Part shown: in pieces, positions 42,297-57,328 of the stretch
Numbering within the stretch: the first letter of the stretch is position 1
Layout of the letters: every line of letters starts with the position of its first letter
DNA from: the human T2T-CHM13v2.0 reference genome, Homo sapiens
Length of the DNA stretch: 64,000 nucleotides
Reading direction: 5' to 3' (one strand)
Assembly: GCF_009914755.1 (NCBI RefSeq)
Contig: NC_060935.1
Translations under genes and position numbers: made by a program
The notes under the pieces: model-generated
Seen by the model: the letters and a program-made list of their open reading frames with translations, nothing else
What the model was told of the DNA's origin: nothing
The model's database searches: none

Positions 42297-42685
42297 TGTC
42301 TTAATCTATTTTCTGCTACTATAACAGAGTACCTGAGAGTGGGTGATTTATAAAAAACAGAAATTCATTTCTCCCAGTTCTGGAGTTTAGGAAGTCCAGT
42401 ATCAAGGTGTGGGCATCTGGCAAGGGCCTTCATGCTGCATCATCTCATGGCAGAAGGTGGAAGGGCAAGAGAGCTTGGGGGAAAGACAGGAGCACCAAGG
42501 GCTAGTCCTGCTTTATAATAACCCACTCTTGAGATAACAATCCCACTCTCATGATAACAGGATTAATCCATTCATGAGGGTGGGGTCCTATGACCCTTAG
42601 CTCTTAAAGGCTCTACCTCCCAATACCATCACAGTGGCAATTAAATTCCAACATGAATTTTGGAGGGAACATTCAGACCCTAGCA
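42297..42685 (-). mobile_element. MST-type (MaLR) solo LTR
   Basis: tgtcttaatctattttctgctactataacagagtacctgaga...ttccaacatgaattttggagggaacattcagaccctagca; 5-bp TSD ctcac/cccac. Confidence 0.88.
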
Positions 42686-43429
42686 CCCACCAATCCCAGT
42701 GTGGCCCTCTTCTGCAGCTTCCCTGCTGCGGTGGAGTGGATTGCAAACTAGGCCAGGCCGTCACAGTGACCATCACCACCTGTCACTTCCCATTGGCCTG
42801 ATACTGCTGGAGTCCTGAGCTACTGTACCCCGGACTGGCACCTCTTGTACCTCACCATCCCTACTCTCCATGGCTGCCCTCTTCCTGTACTCTTGGCAAG
42901 TGTGGTCTGGGTTCCCACGGTGGCTCAGAAGTGCCTGGTGTTGGACTTTGGGGAGACAGCCCAACATTTCCCAACAAACCCCACAGGCCAAGCCAATTCA
43001 TATCAAGGCTATGCCGAAGTTCACAGGAAACCAGATGTGTCCGTGTGACTGCCTCCAATTCAGGAGTCTCTAAGCAGGTGGTGCCAAACAATTTGCTGGG
43101 ATATGGGAAGAAATATCAGAACTTCCATTTACATTTATTTTTACCTCATTCTTTTATATTGCCATTTTTCAAATATTATACTTAATATATTAGAACAGGG
43201 TTATAAGTATATAATTATAAAGAAATAAACATAAAATGGTAGCATAATGCTTCAAAATCTTTAGATATGAAGACAACGAATAAAGAAAGTTTTCCCACCA
43301 CTAATCTAATTGATGAGCGTTTATTGATCATCTACCATGTGCAAAGAACCGTGCTAATTGCTGTGGGAATATTTTACAAAGAGAGAAAGCACAGGGTGTA
43401 GTCTTTAGCAGAGAGCAGAGAAGTGCTGA

Positions 43430-43830
43430 GTCTGAATGACAAACTGGGAGAATATTTGTAACTCATATCTCAGACAGGACCATAAGGAACATCCACAAAT
43501 CGACAAGACAATGGCCAACAGCCTAATGTGGGGAGGGTAGAATGGGCAGACTCTTCAGCAAAGCGAGCTGTTACACAGCCAAAAAGATGCCCACTCATCA
43601 GAGGAGAGCTGCATAAGGCAAGGATGCTGAGAGGCCAGTTTGCAGAATCACACGCCCCCGCAACACAATCTGGCCATTCATCTTCTGGGAATTTACCGAT
43701 AAATATCCTCACCTGTAAAAAATGAATTACATGCATCCATAGGGTGGAGTATTACTCAGGCTTAAAGGAGAGTCAGGACGCCTTGTATGTGCTGATATGA
43801 AATGAGTTCCAAGAAATATTATTAGTGGAC
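43430..43830 (+). mobile_element. Old L1ME fragment
   Basis: gacaaactgggagaatatttgtaactcatatctcagaca; cattcatcttctgggaatttacc. Confidence 0.7.
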
Positions 43831-45507
43831 ATGGCCAGGGGCTATGATTTTTAAACAAAAGGAAGAAAAAAGAATACACACACACACAGAGAGAGACATA
43901 TCCTTGGAAGGCAGGTGCAGAAGGAGAGCGGGGACCAGAACCTTGGCCAGGTTGGGGGGCGAGCTGGGACAGGCCTGGCTGAGACCGGGACAGCCCAGCC
44001 TCAGGTCTTCATGGAGCCATGCCAGCCTCAGTTTTCTTCTTGGACATGAACACCACCCACCCCTTAAGCCCCTAGGGTGGCTGATGTCATGTTGACAAAC
44101 CCAATAGCTCTTTTGTCACTCTTGGGGGGTCCTCCCGGAGCCAGGCTCTCTGCTCCAAACCTCGCCTATGTTATCTCCAGGAAGCCTCAAAACAGCTACT
44201 TCTTGCATCTCAATTTCCAGGCGCTGAAAGTGAGGCTTCTAGAGGTGAAATAATTGACCCAGGTCATACAGTGACAATGCGAGATGCCCCCCCCAGGCTG
44301 TGTCCTTCCAAAGCCAAGCTGCATGTTCCTTTCTTGTCACTGTGAAACAACAAACCCAGCTGGTGCCGTGCATGGTGCATGTCGTAAGGGCCCTGCTCAC
44401 ACAGCCCCTGTGCTCACCCGGGAGCGCTGGTTCCTGAGAGCTGCCACCTCACGTGCTGTCCTTGTCCCCATGGGTCGGTGTTGGCTGCCCTCCCTCCATC
44501 CTTCCCGTCCTGGGGAACAAAGTGCCCCACTGATGGGGGCCCAGAGGCAACGTGCTAGATAGCAACAGGGAGGAGGTTCCTGGAACCGAGAGGAGAGGTG
44601 AAGGCTGACACAGCCACAGAGGAGAAAAGCCCCCTGGTGCCCCCAAATCACCCTCATGAAAGAAGAAGAAATTCGCAGCCACCCCAGGCGGGCCATCAGG
44701 CTCTAACACCGCCTGCTTCCACTTAGCCTGACGCCCTGACTCTACAACACAGGGACTCCAACACGTGGAGGCACGTCCGCCAATAATCCAGGAGCCCACT
44801 CTAGCTAACACCTCCTACCTTCCCCTTAATTTCTTCTCTCCTTAGTGCTGCAGGCAGGCGGCAAGACTGGAATTCAAGCATTCCTCTCTCTAAGGGAGGC
44901 AGGGATGCTGAGAGGCTTTAAATTGCCCTTTGGGGACAGCAGGCAGAAGGAGGAAGATTTACAAATGGATCACTCAGGAGACTGAGCCCCAGCCACGTTC
45001 TGGAGTCACCGTCTCCACCCCCTTGGAGGGAAGACTTTGGAAACTCAGCAGCCAGTCTGGGAACTGTCATCCCCAGGGAACATTCCCCAGGGAGAGGGAG
45101 GACCGTCAAAGATCCTGGAGAAGGGGGCGAGGTTTGTAACTCTCCTGCTGTCTGCAGGCCTCTTAGCCATCTGAGGGGCAGTGGCGAGGCCTGCTAGCTT
45201 CATATCACAGGCAAAGCAGAGGGTGGTGGCAGGAACCTAGAGAGGTGGCTGGAGCACAGGAGAGCAAAGGGACTGCAGAGACATTGACCACAGACTGAGG
45301 AAGAAGAGCTGGGCTGCTATGACTGGGAGGGATGTCCTGGTATATTCACTAACTCACCTGTTCCGTGATTTCATTAATTCATTCATTCAACAAACATGTA
45401 ATGAGTCCTTACAAACGATACGTCTGATTCAAAGACTAACACCCCCCACCACCTCATGTATTTGCACACTCCATACAGGTCCATGGATGATTAGATAAAA
45501 TTATTTA

Positions 45508-45600
45508 GGCAGGCTCTTGAGCCGTTTACTCAAGCCTGCGCCCACTTTGTGGTGTGTACTTTCGTTTCAATAAATCTGTGCTTTTGTTGCTTCAAAAATA
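45508..45600 (+). mobile_element. Short MER51-like LTR U3/R fragment ending at the apparent poly(A) cleavage site
   Basis: cccactttgtggtgtgtactttcgtttcAATAAAtctgtgcttttgttgcttCA followed by A-run. Confidence 0.7.
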
Positions 45601-46177
45601 TTATTTTGTCTAAAACTAAAAAAAAAAAATCAAGTTAACTTTGAAACTTAGAAAGCTAAAGAAAAAGAAGACACTATAATGAACAGGGATCACAGCCACT
45701 CAAGGCAAACAGATTTTACGATTTTCTGCAAACATGACCTTTTAAAACTTTCACTTTTTTTCCAGCTGTTTCAGGAGCTCAGATGAGCAGAGCCAAGAAA
45801 GCTCCATGTGCCATCTTAGGCTGGAATTCCTAGGAAAGGAAGCAGATTTTGGGGCAGGAGCCGGGACACCGGGGAGGAAAGAAGGGACTTGGATGGGAAG
45901 GGGAGCCGCTGAACTGAGATGGTTGCAAGAGAGGCCCCAGCCCATCCTAAGGGAGCTCTGAGCTGGGATGACCCTTCAGAGGTCCCTTCATGCCAGCTCT
46001 GAGCTGGACTGGCTTTGGTCCTGAAGGAGGCGGTGGGGAGGAACAGCAGCACAGACTATAAATGGTAAAGTGAGCCAAATGGCTCACCCCACTATTTCAT
46101 TCCAGTCTCTGCTCAAATGCCGCCTTTTCAGAGACTTCCCTTCACCGCCTGCATTACAGAAATCCCCTAGCCCCTCT

Positions 46178-46403
<226 letters not shown>

Positions 46404-46694
46404 GCACCGCCAGCCCCTCTTGATCCCTTCTGCTCTGTCGTCCCCACCCTCGATTCCATCTTTGAGTATTCATTCCTTGTTGCCTCTTTTCTGCTGCAGG
46501 AATGACGGCTCCATGAGGCAGGGCTTTGTGTCGTATCCCGGGGCCTGCCACACAGCATGCACTCGGGAAATGTCTGCTGCATGAATGAATGAATCAATGA
46601 ATGAGAGTGTAGGGTTAGCCCCCGGCATTCTGCCTGCTCCCAGGGATGAGGATTGTGTGGGGAGACCTGAAGGACCATGATGAGTGTGACTCAT

Positions 46695-47050
46695 CAACTG
46701 TCTCTATTTTTATCCAAAATGATTGTTTCTGTAGAAAATCCCAAGAACTTACAAAACAAACAAATAAAAACCTTCCCGGAACTTAAGGGTTTAGCAAGAT
46801 CATAGATACAAGGTCAACACACAAAAGTCAATTGCATTTCTATACTAGCAATAAACAATTGAAAACTAAAAATTTAAAGGGCTATTAATTCCAAAAACTG
46901 AAATACTTGGGCATAAATCTAACAAAATATGTGCAGGTTCTATATGGTGAAACTATAAAATACAGATGAAAGAAATCCAAGAAGATCTCAAGAAATGGGC
47001 AGAAGTACTGTGTGCATGGAATGAGTGGTTTAGATGTCAGTTCTCCCAAG
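46695..47050 (+). mobile_element. L1 ORF2 fragment (L1M)
   Basis: atacaaggtcaacacacaaaagtcaattgcatttctatactagcaat; aaatacttgggcataaatctaacaaaa. Confidence 0.85.
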
Positions 47051-47386
47051 CCCTGGTCCCTTTCCTTTGATCGTGGCCAACCTAGCACCTCCCTGGAGGC
47101 CATGCACCTTCCTGGCTGCATCAGGTGGCCATGGAACAGAAGCTCAGGGACAGAGGTTTTGCAACGACAATTGGATGTGCTTTTTGGGAAAAAACAATTC
47201 AAATCACAGGTAAGTGCATAAAGCCAAAATTCAAGTTCTTTCTGAAAACTTCTCTCAGCTTATACTCACCATAGGACAGTTAGCAAGGAGGTCGCATAAC
47301 AAGGCCTTAAGACAAGGACCCTGGAATCCAACTGTCTGGGTTCAAGTCCTGGCTCCATCATTCATTGGCTATGTGACCTTGGCAAA

Positions 47387-47683
47387 TTTCTTTTCTTTTC
47401 TTTTTGAGACAGGGTCTCACTGCGTTGCCCAGGCTGGAGTGCAGTGGTGTGATCATAGCTCACTGCAGCCGCAGACTCCTGGGGTCCAAGCCATCCTCCC
47501 ACCTCAAGCTAGGACTACAGGCATGTGCCACCATGCCTAGCTATGCTTTTTTTTTTTTAATTATTTTTAGTAGAGGTGAAGTCATGCTATGTTGCCCAGG
47601 CTGGTCTCCTGGGCTTCAAGCAATCCTCCCTCCTCGGCCTCCCAGAGTGCTAGGATTACAGGCATGAGTTACTGTGCCTGGAC
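47387..47683 (-). mobile_element. AluJ inserted in MIR
   Basis: MIR halves on either side (gtgaccttggcaaatttc / gaatttcttaacctctatgagccttagttttctca). Confidence 0.9.
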
Positions 47684-47852
47684 ACCTCGGTGAATTTCTT
47701 AACCTCTATGAGCCTTAGTTTTCTCATGTGTAAATAAGGATTAAGTTTGGTATCAATCATAAAGTTTGCATCATGTAAAAGCCCCGGTAGAAGTTAACTT
47801 TATTTATGAGGCTCTCACTATACACAAGAAGTTTGTTGTTATTTTTACTATC

Positions 47853-48600
<748 letters not shown>

Positions 48601-49563
48601 CACTATCCTCACTGCCCTGGGCTTGCCTTGGGACACAGTCCTGGGGCACCCGGCCGTCCTCAGCATGCCCCCAGCACAGGGTCACCCTCGCTGGGCCCTG
48701 CAGGCTGTGTGGCGAAATGGCCACCTGCTGCGGGTGAAGCGGGACCTGGCATGCCTGCCCTATGTCACTGCGGCAGCCTCTACCTGCACCTGGTGGAGCT
48801 GGTGTGCTTGTCACCACCTGGCACCCACGTAAGGTGTGCAGGGAGGGCGGGGCGGCCAGTGCCCCAGGGGTCCTCAGTCTCACCCACCTTTTCGAGTTGC
48901 TTTCCAGATCACTGGACCCTGGATTCCTACTATCTGGGTTCAAGTCCTGGCTCCATTATTTATTCTGCACCTGTTGGTTTTCTTAGATTCCACAAAACCA
49001 TCCACACAGCCCCTTCTGCTTGGTGGGTGGGTGGATCGTGAAGCCACGCTGGCGGAGCCAGAGGGGGGCGGGGGGCTATGCAGAGGTGGAGAGAAGCCTC
49101 AGGATGTCGGGGGGGTCTGGGCGTCTGGGGGTCTGCCCTATCCTGACAGAGGACCTGAGGCGACAGGAGGAGCAGGGTGGGGCAGAGCCTGGCACTGCCC
49201 TTCGCCCTGGGAGACATCATACCCTTCAGTGCCCAGAACTACAGGGCAGGGACCCAGCTCTATTTTACCAAGTCCAGAGCCCAGATGTCCCCTCCCCCAA
49301 CCAGAGGCAGCAGGAGGCTGGGCCTGTAGCCAGAGGCCCCCAGGAAGCCCCCATCTGCCCCGGCCTCTCCTCTGGGTAAAAGCCCTGCCCTCATCAGGTG
49401 AGGTGTGGCCTGACCCAGGGCCTGGCTGCAGTGGGCTCAGCAAACGTTCTTTACTGACAGACTGGGTTCCCCACATAGCCCTGTGGGGCAGGGATCCTCT
49501 GAGCAGCGGTAGAAGAGGAGTTCAATGTGCCTTCACACAGCAGGATGCTTAGTCTCTTTTCAA

Positions 49564-49708
49564 TTTTCTTTCTTTCTTTTTTTCTTTTTTTTTGAGATGA
49601 GGTCTTGCTATGTCGCCCAGGCTGGTCTTGAACTCCTCGGCTCAAGCAATCCTGCCACCTCGGCCTCCCAAAGTGGGGGGATTACAGGTGTGAGCCATCA
49701 TGCCTGGC
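49564..49708 (-). mobile_element. Alu left monomer (FLAM)
   Basis: Single reverse monomer with T-rich tail. Confidence 0.88.
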
Positions 49709-50189
49709 CCCCTTTGCAATTTTCTTTCAGCCCCCTTAAGTCACTCGAGCAGGAGAATCTGCCTCCTGGGACTAGCAATGCCTTATTCTTAAAAACAAAG
49801 AATGCTGGCCTCAGCTCAGCTCCCTTGGCAGGCGAAGGTACCCAGCCAGAACTGTCACATTTGTTTCATTTGCACAGGATATTTTTACAGTTTTCTTCTA
49901 TTTGTGGCGAGTGATCCTGGTTTTCCAGTTGTGGTCGTTGCTGTAGACATTCTGGGGCACATAAATGATTTAGAAGTCAGTTCGCCGAGAGAAAACCATG
50001 AATTAGATAATAGTACATGTGATCTGAAGATATGGCAGGAGTCACAAAGGTATGTAAATGACACAGGTTTGGAAAATGCTGCTCTGAGGCAAGACAAGGA
50101 TCACCTGCTGGGTCAGGGATGCATTATTTTGTGACTGTGTCTTGTTCTCAGGCTATGGTGGCCTGGAGGATTTGGGAACCCCAGAACAG

Positions 50190-50420
50190 ATGTGAGTTGA
50201 TTAAGCATACACATGGCACTTCCTTTGTGGCCGGGTACTCCCCTAAGTGCTTTTCTGATGTGGCCTCACTTCATCCTCACAACTATGCCATCAGTCCAAT
50301 GTTCCCATCTTACAGATTAGGAAACTGAGGCACAGTAAGCTTAGCAAGCTGCTCTGAGTCTGCCCAGCCGGTGAGTGGCAGAGCCAGGGTTTGAACGTGG
50401 CTGCCTGGCCCAGGGTCTGT
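50190..50420 (-). mobile_element. MIR
   Basis: cccatcttacagattaggaaactgaggcacag...gtggcagagccagggtttgaac. Confidence 0.82.
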
Positions 50421-51519
50421 GCTATGAGCTCCCACCGGGGTCCCAGCGTCTCAGCCCTTACGCCCTGCAGGGCAATTGTCGGTGCTGCGGTTGTGTCCCT
50501 GGGTCACCTTTTCAACGTGTGCCCTGCAGGAAACACAGGCCTGGCCCTGCCTGGTGCTGGTGCCTTGGAGCCTCTTAGAGTTGTTTTGTCATTTGCTGCC
50601 ATGGGGGCCGCAGCCTCCACCAGGGCCCCTGCTGTGTGGGCACCGAGGGAGACTCAACATCCTTGGGGGTGGAAATCCTCTCCTGAGACTAGGGTGGCCG
50701 CTGCTGTGACTGGTGTCCCCAGGCCAGGGAAGCTGAAGCACGAAGTGTGACTGTTATTGTCCTTCCAGGGCAGAGTTAGGGGAGTGTTGGTCACTAAATG
50801 TGATAACAGGCGCCACCAGGCTTCCCTCCAGGACCGGGCATTTGGAGAAGGCACCCACCCTCCTTTCAGGACAGTGGCAGAGGAGGGGTCAGATATAAAC
50901 TCACCCCCGGTTCTGAAGATCTGAGGACCCCTAAAGAACATTTCACCCCACTCCCTCCCATCACTGACCCCATCCTCCTGGGCATGGCCAGCCTGGGGGA
51001 TTTTCTCCTTCTGCCTGGAACTGACACTACCCAGGACTCAGAGGACGGTGAGCAAGGCCCTAGGGAAAGGGTCGATGATGAAGAAACGAGAAGACAAGGT
51101 CCTAGGGACAAAGTTCCAAGGGAGAGGGCTCCCTGGTGGCGACAGAGAGAGCCCAGAGGTGCCCGGGTCCTGCTGGGCTGGGACGTCCTGTCCTCAGTCT
51201 CCCAAAAGGCTCTGGGGTCAAGCTGTCCCCTCGGCTCCAGGTTCTGTTCTGCCCGCGTTGTGAACAGCTGGAGGCCCCTACTCTGCAGGGTGCCCTGCCT
51301 AGGGGCCAAAGTCACTGACCCAAGGCCTCAGTGGCCAGAGGTGTCAGGTCATCCTATGCACGATGGGACCCGTCTGGCACTTGGGTTCATTGGCTGCCAG
51401 TCCCTATGCCGCCCTGGCTGCAGGTCTCCCGACCACATGTCCAACCCCTCAAGAGGAGCATCTGCCTTCCATATTCATCGTTCTAGAAGCAGGAGGAAGT
51501 CAGGAAGTGGAACTGTGAC

Positions 51520-52407
51520 TATAATAGAAAAGGGGTCTTGATCAAGACCCTAAGCAAGGGTTCTTGGATCTCACACAGGAAGGAATTCAAGGCAAGTCAC
51601 AGAGTGCAGTGAAAGAAGCAAGTTTATTAAAACTCCTCCATTCCCAGCCTGGCGTGGTGGCTCACACCTGTAATCGCAGAACTTTGGGAGGCCGAGGCGG
51701 GTGGATCACTTGAGTTCAGGAGTTCAAGACCAGCCTGGCCAACATGGTGAGACCCCATTTCTACTAAAAATACAAAAATTAGCTGGGCTAGTGGCTCGCG
51801 TGCTTGTAATCCCAACTACTCAGGAAGCTGAGGCAGGAGAATCACTTGAACCTTGGAGGCAGAGGTTGCAGTGGGCAGAGGTCGTGCCACTGCACTCCAG
51901 CCTGGGCGACAGAGTGAGACTCTGTCTCAAAAAAACACAAAAAACAAAAAACAAAAACAAAAACAAACAAAAAAACCCCTCCTCCATTCCAGAGTAGAGC
52001 ACCCTCAGAAAGCAAGCAGAGGACCGCCCCGTCCTTAAGTTTCTCTTATACAGGGGTCTTATCTGTGTAAAGACTAAACTAAGCTGTGCCTACGTGTGGC
52101 TGGGCTGACAGCATGACAACAATAATTATTCTATTTATTTAAGAAAGCTATCCTTGACATCTTCGTGTGTGAGTACATCAAAGCATAACTATAATTTTTT
52201 GAAAGCATATATTGTTATGGGCATTGGGACATCTGGACTTTCTGCTGTTGTAGGAGCATGTCCTTGCAGGTATCTTCAGGCTGTGTCCCTAGATGTAATT
52301 ATCTTATGACTGAGTCACGACCGGCAAAGAATGTCCCTGTTTGTGTCGAAATGGAGCCGAATTTAAAATGGCATCACTGTGGCTCTCCCCGCTCCTGCTT
52401 CCGTAAA
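51520..52407 (-). mobile_element. ERV1 solo LTR (LTR15/MER61-like), split by AluS (51645-51975, plus strand)
   Basis: aaaaggggtcttgatcaagaccctaagcaagggttcttggatctc; Alu TSD ctcctccattcc. Confidence 0.7.
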
Positions 52408-52854
52408 AGAATCCTTCAAGGGAAGAAGAGAATCATTGAGTGAACATTGTGTCTGTCCTCCTAGGGCCTCATAGAAACCTAGATTCAAATCTCCCTGCCT
52501 CCAGGACCCCCATGCAGAGGTGGCACTTCTGCTCCCCACCCCCCGTGTCCCTGAGGGCAGACCCCAAGAAGGGAGCATGGCCCGAACCCCCTTGTCCCAG
52601 CCCACCTCACGGCCACCTCCCCTGCCGCCCTTCCAGAAGGACACAGCAGCCCCCACACCCCGTCATTTTCATCTGTCAGGGCCCTCCCCGCCCACCAATT
52701 GGCCCTGGCCTGAGGCGTTGGGGGCTGAGAAAGGGTGATATGCTAAGAAGAAATCAGGGTGTGGATGAGCAGAAATACCTAATCGCTTGTGAAATCCCTG
52801 GCGTGCTGGGACAGCTTCCTCCGGGCCCTGGTGACACCACAGTCCTTGTCAGCA

Positions 52855-53045
52855 TTACCCGGACAGGAATCGACAAGCCGAGGGCCCGGGGCAGCAGCCT
52901 GATGTCCTTCACATGCACCGGGCGGACAGCGGAGGCCCCGGGCCCGGGGAGGCGGCAGCGGCCGCTCAAGTGAACCCGGGTCTGGAAGCTCCTTACAGCA
53001 CGATGATGCCCAAGCCCGGCCGGGCAGCTCTCTGGACCCCTCGAG
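52855..53045. promoter_or_regulatory. Small CpG-dense cluster (orphan CpG-island-like)
   Basis: About 17 CpGs in ~190 bp, NotI site, several CCCGGG. Confidence 0.5.
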
Positions 53046-53473
53046 GAGGGTCAGGCACTGCTGTTACACTCCCACATCCCTGGTGGTTAACATTTACCAC
53101 GGTCTTTCCATATTTATCCAATTCTTATTTAGTGCTTCCTTTTACTGTGTGTAGTCACTGTCCTAAGTGCTCTACTTACACCTTCAAAACGACCTACGAG
53201 ACAGGAACTACTATTATACATTTTACATGGAAGGAAAGTGAGGCACAGAGAGGGTCAGTCACTTGCCCGAAGTTACTGAGCTGGTAACAGGCAGAGCTGG
53301 ACTCTGTGCCAGTGTTTCGGCCACTGTACAGTTGCCTGTTTTCTCATCTGTTCCCCGGTTAGATGGGGCTTTTGAAGTCAGGGTCTATGTCTATTTTATT
53401 CTCCTTTACCTGCATAGGAATTGGCAGAGCTCTCAGGCTGTCAATAAAGATCTGCTGATTGAAATAATGAATG

Positions 53474-54132
<659 letters not shown>

Positions 54133-54149
54133 TTATGGTGGACATTTAA

Positions 54150-55310
54150 TGTACAAACCTACCTCCATTCTTGGAGTTTAGACATTTCACCAGGCATGTG
54201 CCAATTTTTCATCCTTGCTACCCAAAGCTACTGGGATGTTGCAGTCTAAACGTTTCCATCTTCTTCAGCTCAGAGGTCCTTTCTTTTCTTCCTTTTCAAC
54301 TCTTTGTGCTTTTGCACTGGGTTCCAGGAAACTCCTTTGTCATGAACTTCCAGGTCACTGTATTCCCCTCATTATTCAATCTATTAATTAGTGGTTTCAG
54401 AATTTGCCCATCAAGTTGACAATTTCCAAAACTGAAAAGATTTCCTTTTCTCAGGAACCTATTTCTTTTAAAAAATTGATGTCCTCTCAAATTTCCCTGG
54501 AAATAGAAACTACAGCGGTTTTACCTTTTTCTTCTGTTTACTGCATTACTTCATCGTCCTCCTGTGTTGGTTCTTTTGTTTGTTGAGTTTGGTGTCTCTC
54601 TTTTGGTGCATTGGATTCTTGCATTTTTAGTGTTTCTTTGTTGCCTCTTCATATTTGAAGATGGTGGGGGGAGGGATATGGACAAAATTGTTTCCTAGAA
54701 TGTCCTTCCTCAGGCTAAGTGGGAATTCCTGTTGGCTTAGCCATGCATGAAAGCTTTGTGCTGGAGAACCCTGTCTACAGTGATTGTGACGTGTGGGCAA
54801 GTGAAAGAGGCCTGTGGCCAGGAGGCACTGGTGGATCTGATTTTCTGAGTAAAGGGTTCTGCTTCCCCATGGGATCCTTAAGTTGCCTGGGGTGCTGCCC
54901 TTTTTCTCTGGCCTACCATGCAGTTTCAGAACTCCATTTAGCTGTTCTTGCACCTTGACCTCCAGGCAAACATGGAATTCAATGCCAAGTGGTGTTTGGT
55001 GGAGGGAGGGTGGGGCACAGTCAATCTGCTCACCCTGATGCTGTTAATTACCCAGATGTTCTTGGCCTGTGCCCACACTGCAGCCTCTCACCTAGTGCTG
55101 TCCTCCTAGGAAGGCTCAGGTGTTTGGGCCTCCTTTCCCTCCTGCATGTGGTGCAGGTCCCTTGGTCTGAGGTTTCATTGTCCATCTGTCCCATGATCTT
55201 TATGTCTTATGCAGATTCTTTCCCTAGTTTTCCATTTCTCACCTTTCCCATGCTGCTCTGGGACTGCCAAACTATTTCCTTTCTGGATCCACTTGGATTT
55301 GGTTGGAGGA
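54150..55310 (-). mobile_element. Old L1 5'/ORF1 remnants
   Basis: T-rich antisense L1-like motifs (tttagacatttcaccaggcatgtgcc; tttagtggtttcagaattt...atttccaa). Confidence 0.5.
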
Positions 55311-56006
55311 GGTAAATGAGTGCCCCACTAGCCATCCTGAACCGTGAGCCCCTCCATGTCCCTGGGAAAACAGAGAGCTGTTTGACCCAGGAGACCTGTG
55401 TGACCCAGAGCTTCGGGTTCTTGCACCTCTTGGGCGATGTCACCCAGTAGGTTCCTTAAGGGCAGGATCCTTAGTTGGCAAAGAAGTGGCTGAGTGAACT
55501 CAGTCTGTAGCTAGGTTGAGACCAATGAAGAGAAGGGTCTGAAGTCTACCTGCCGCCAGGGCAAGGGCGCATATGTCAGGAAGAGTGGGAAGGGGGGCTG
55601 GGGAGAACGTATGCCCCCAGGCTTCTGCCTCTCCAGTTGTCTGCGCAAAGAACAAATCCTAGTGCGCTGTGGCAGGGGCGGCACGTCTGTTTGCTCTCAC
55701 GTGCCACTCCGTTCCTTGCTCCATTGCCTGATGATGCAGAGGATAGGAATGGACTTGGCCATGGCGCGCTGCCAGCCTGCATGGTGACACACATCCCCTC
55801 GCTTATTCAGCAAGCACTGAGTAGGCACCTCCAGTGTGCAGGCAGGGCTCAGGCACCAAGGGGTTTAGTGATATGCGTTCCCATCTGCAAGGAGCTTATA
55901 TTTCGACGGAGAGGCTGCCATGGAAATAAACATAAAGTCCCTCTTGGAAACCCCTTCCGAGGAGATAGAAGGTGTGGAATAGTCGTGGCTGTGGAGAATG
56001 GTCAAG

Positions 56007-56172
56007 GCCAGGGCGTCTTAAACTTCAGTGGGCACACAGATCACTTGGGGCTCTTAGTAAATGCAGATTCTGATTCTGGAGGTCTGGGTTGGGATCTGAG
56101 ATTCTGCCTTTCTAAAGAACTCACAAGTGACATTGATGCTGCTGGTCCATGGACCACACTTTGAGTAGCAAG
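56007..56172. mobile_element. MER5A-type DNA transposon
   Basis: aaatgcagattctgattc...tctgagattctgcctttcta...gatgctgctggtccatggaccacactttgagtagcaagg. Confidence 0.88.
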
Positions 56173-57012
56173 GGTAGAGGGAAGCCCCAGCTTCCTGCCA
56201 TGTCCTGATGCTGTCCTGTGGGTGCTGGGGGCACCTGTGGGAACCCACCAGGAACTGCTGCTCCGGAGGCCTCTGAAAGAGGCCCTGTCCCAACCCCAGG
56301 CCCAGGGGCAGGCTGGAGGCCGGTTTGCAGGTCAGCCTGGGCTGCAGGTCCCCCACTGCCCTTCATGCTGCTCCAGAGGAAAAGTGCTGGGAGGTGGCTT
56401 TGCCTGGACAGGACACAACCCAGCAGCTGTGGACTTGGTCAGGGAAGACCTCTCTTCAGAATTTTGGGGATTGGCTCTGTTCTTGGGGGAGGCCTGGGTC
56501 AGATGATGTTCTGTAGCCGTCCACACAGCCCTGGGGCTTCAGAGCTTGTAGTAGGGTCCTCGTGAGCACTGAGTGAGACCTCCGCAGGAAGCTAACACAG
56601 GGTGGGTGCCCAGGGACCCTTGGGTGTCTTGGGGGCCAGATGACTCAGCAGCAGTCACTGCTGCCATCGGGCTTGGCTCTCTCAGGTCACTCAGGGTCAA
56701 GGTAAAGTCTCCAGGCAACTGGAGAGTCATGCCCTGCTGCCCATGACAGTGGCTCAGGGCCAGGTCAGATGTGGCCATCCTCGGGACCATGCTGGGAACT
56801 GTCTCCCTAACCAGGGAGCTCTGGGGCTCCTTTCAAGGTAGCGAAGGATGCTGAGCCATAGTTAATAGGCTTACAGGTTAATCCAGCATGTGACCAGGAC
56901 AGGCGTGTGCTTCGGCGGGTGGAGGTCAGGATGCTGCCCCCTTACCAAAAAGAGATGCTCTGAAGTTCTGGAACTCTGTGCATGCCATTGAGATCGCCAC
57001 AAGAGCCGGTGA

Positions 57013-57328
<316 letters not shown>

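Noticed and set aside
50984-51541. 185-aa ATG-initiated ORF
   Set aside because: No recognisable homology or codon signal; ends in an LTR; within chance expectation at this GC content.
52254-52263. p53 element in the ERV1 LTR
   Set aside because: Only one half-site (GAGCATGTCC).
52908-52933. REST/NRSE-like GCACC...GGACAGCG
   Set aside because: Left half-site is degenerate and the spacing is non-canonical.
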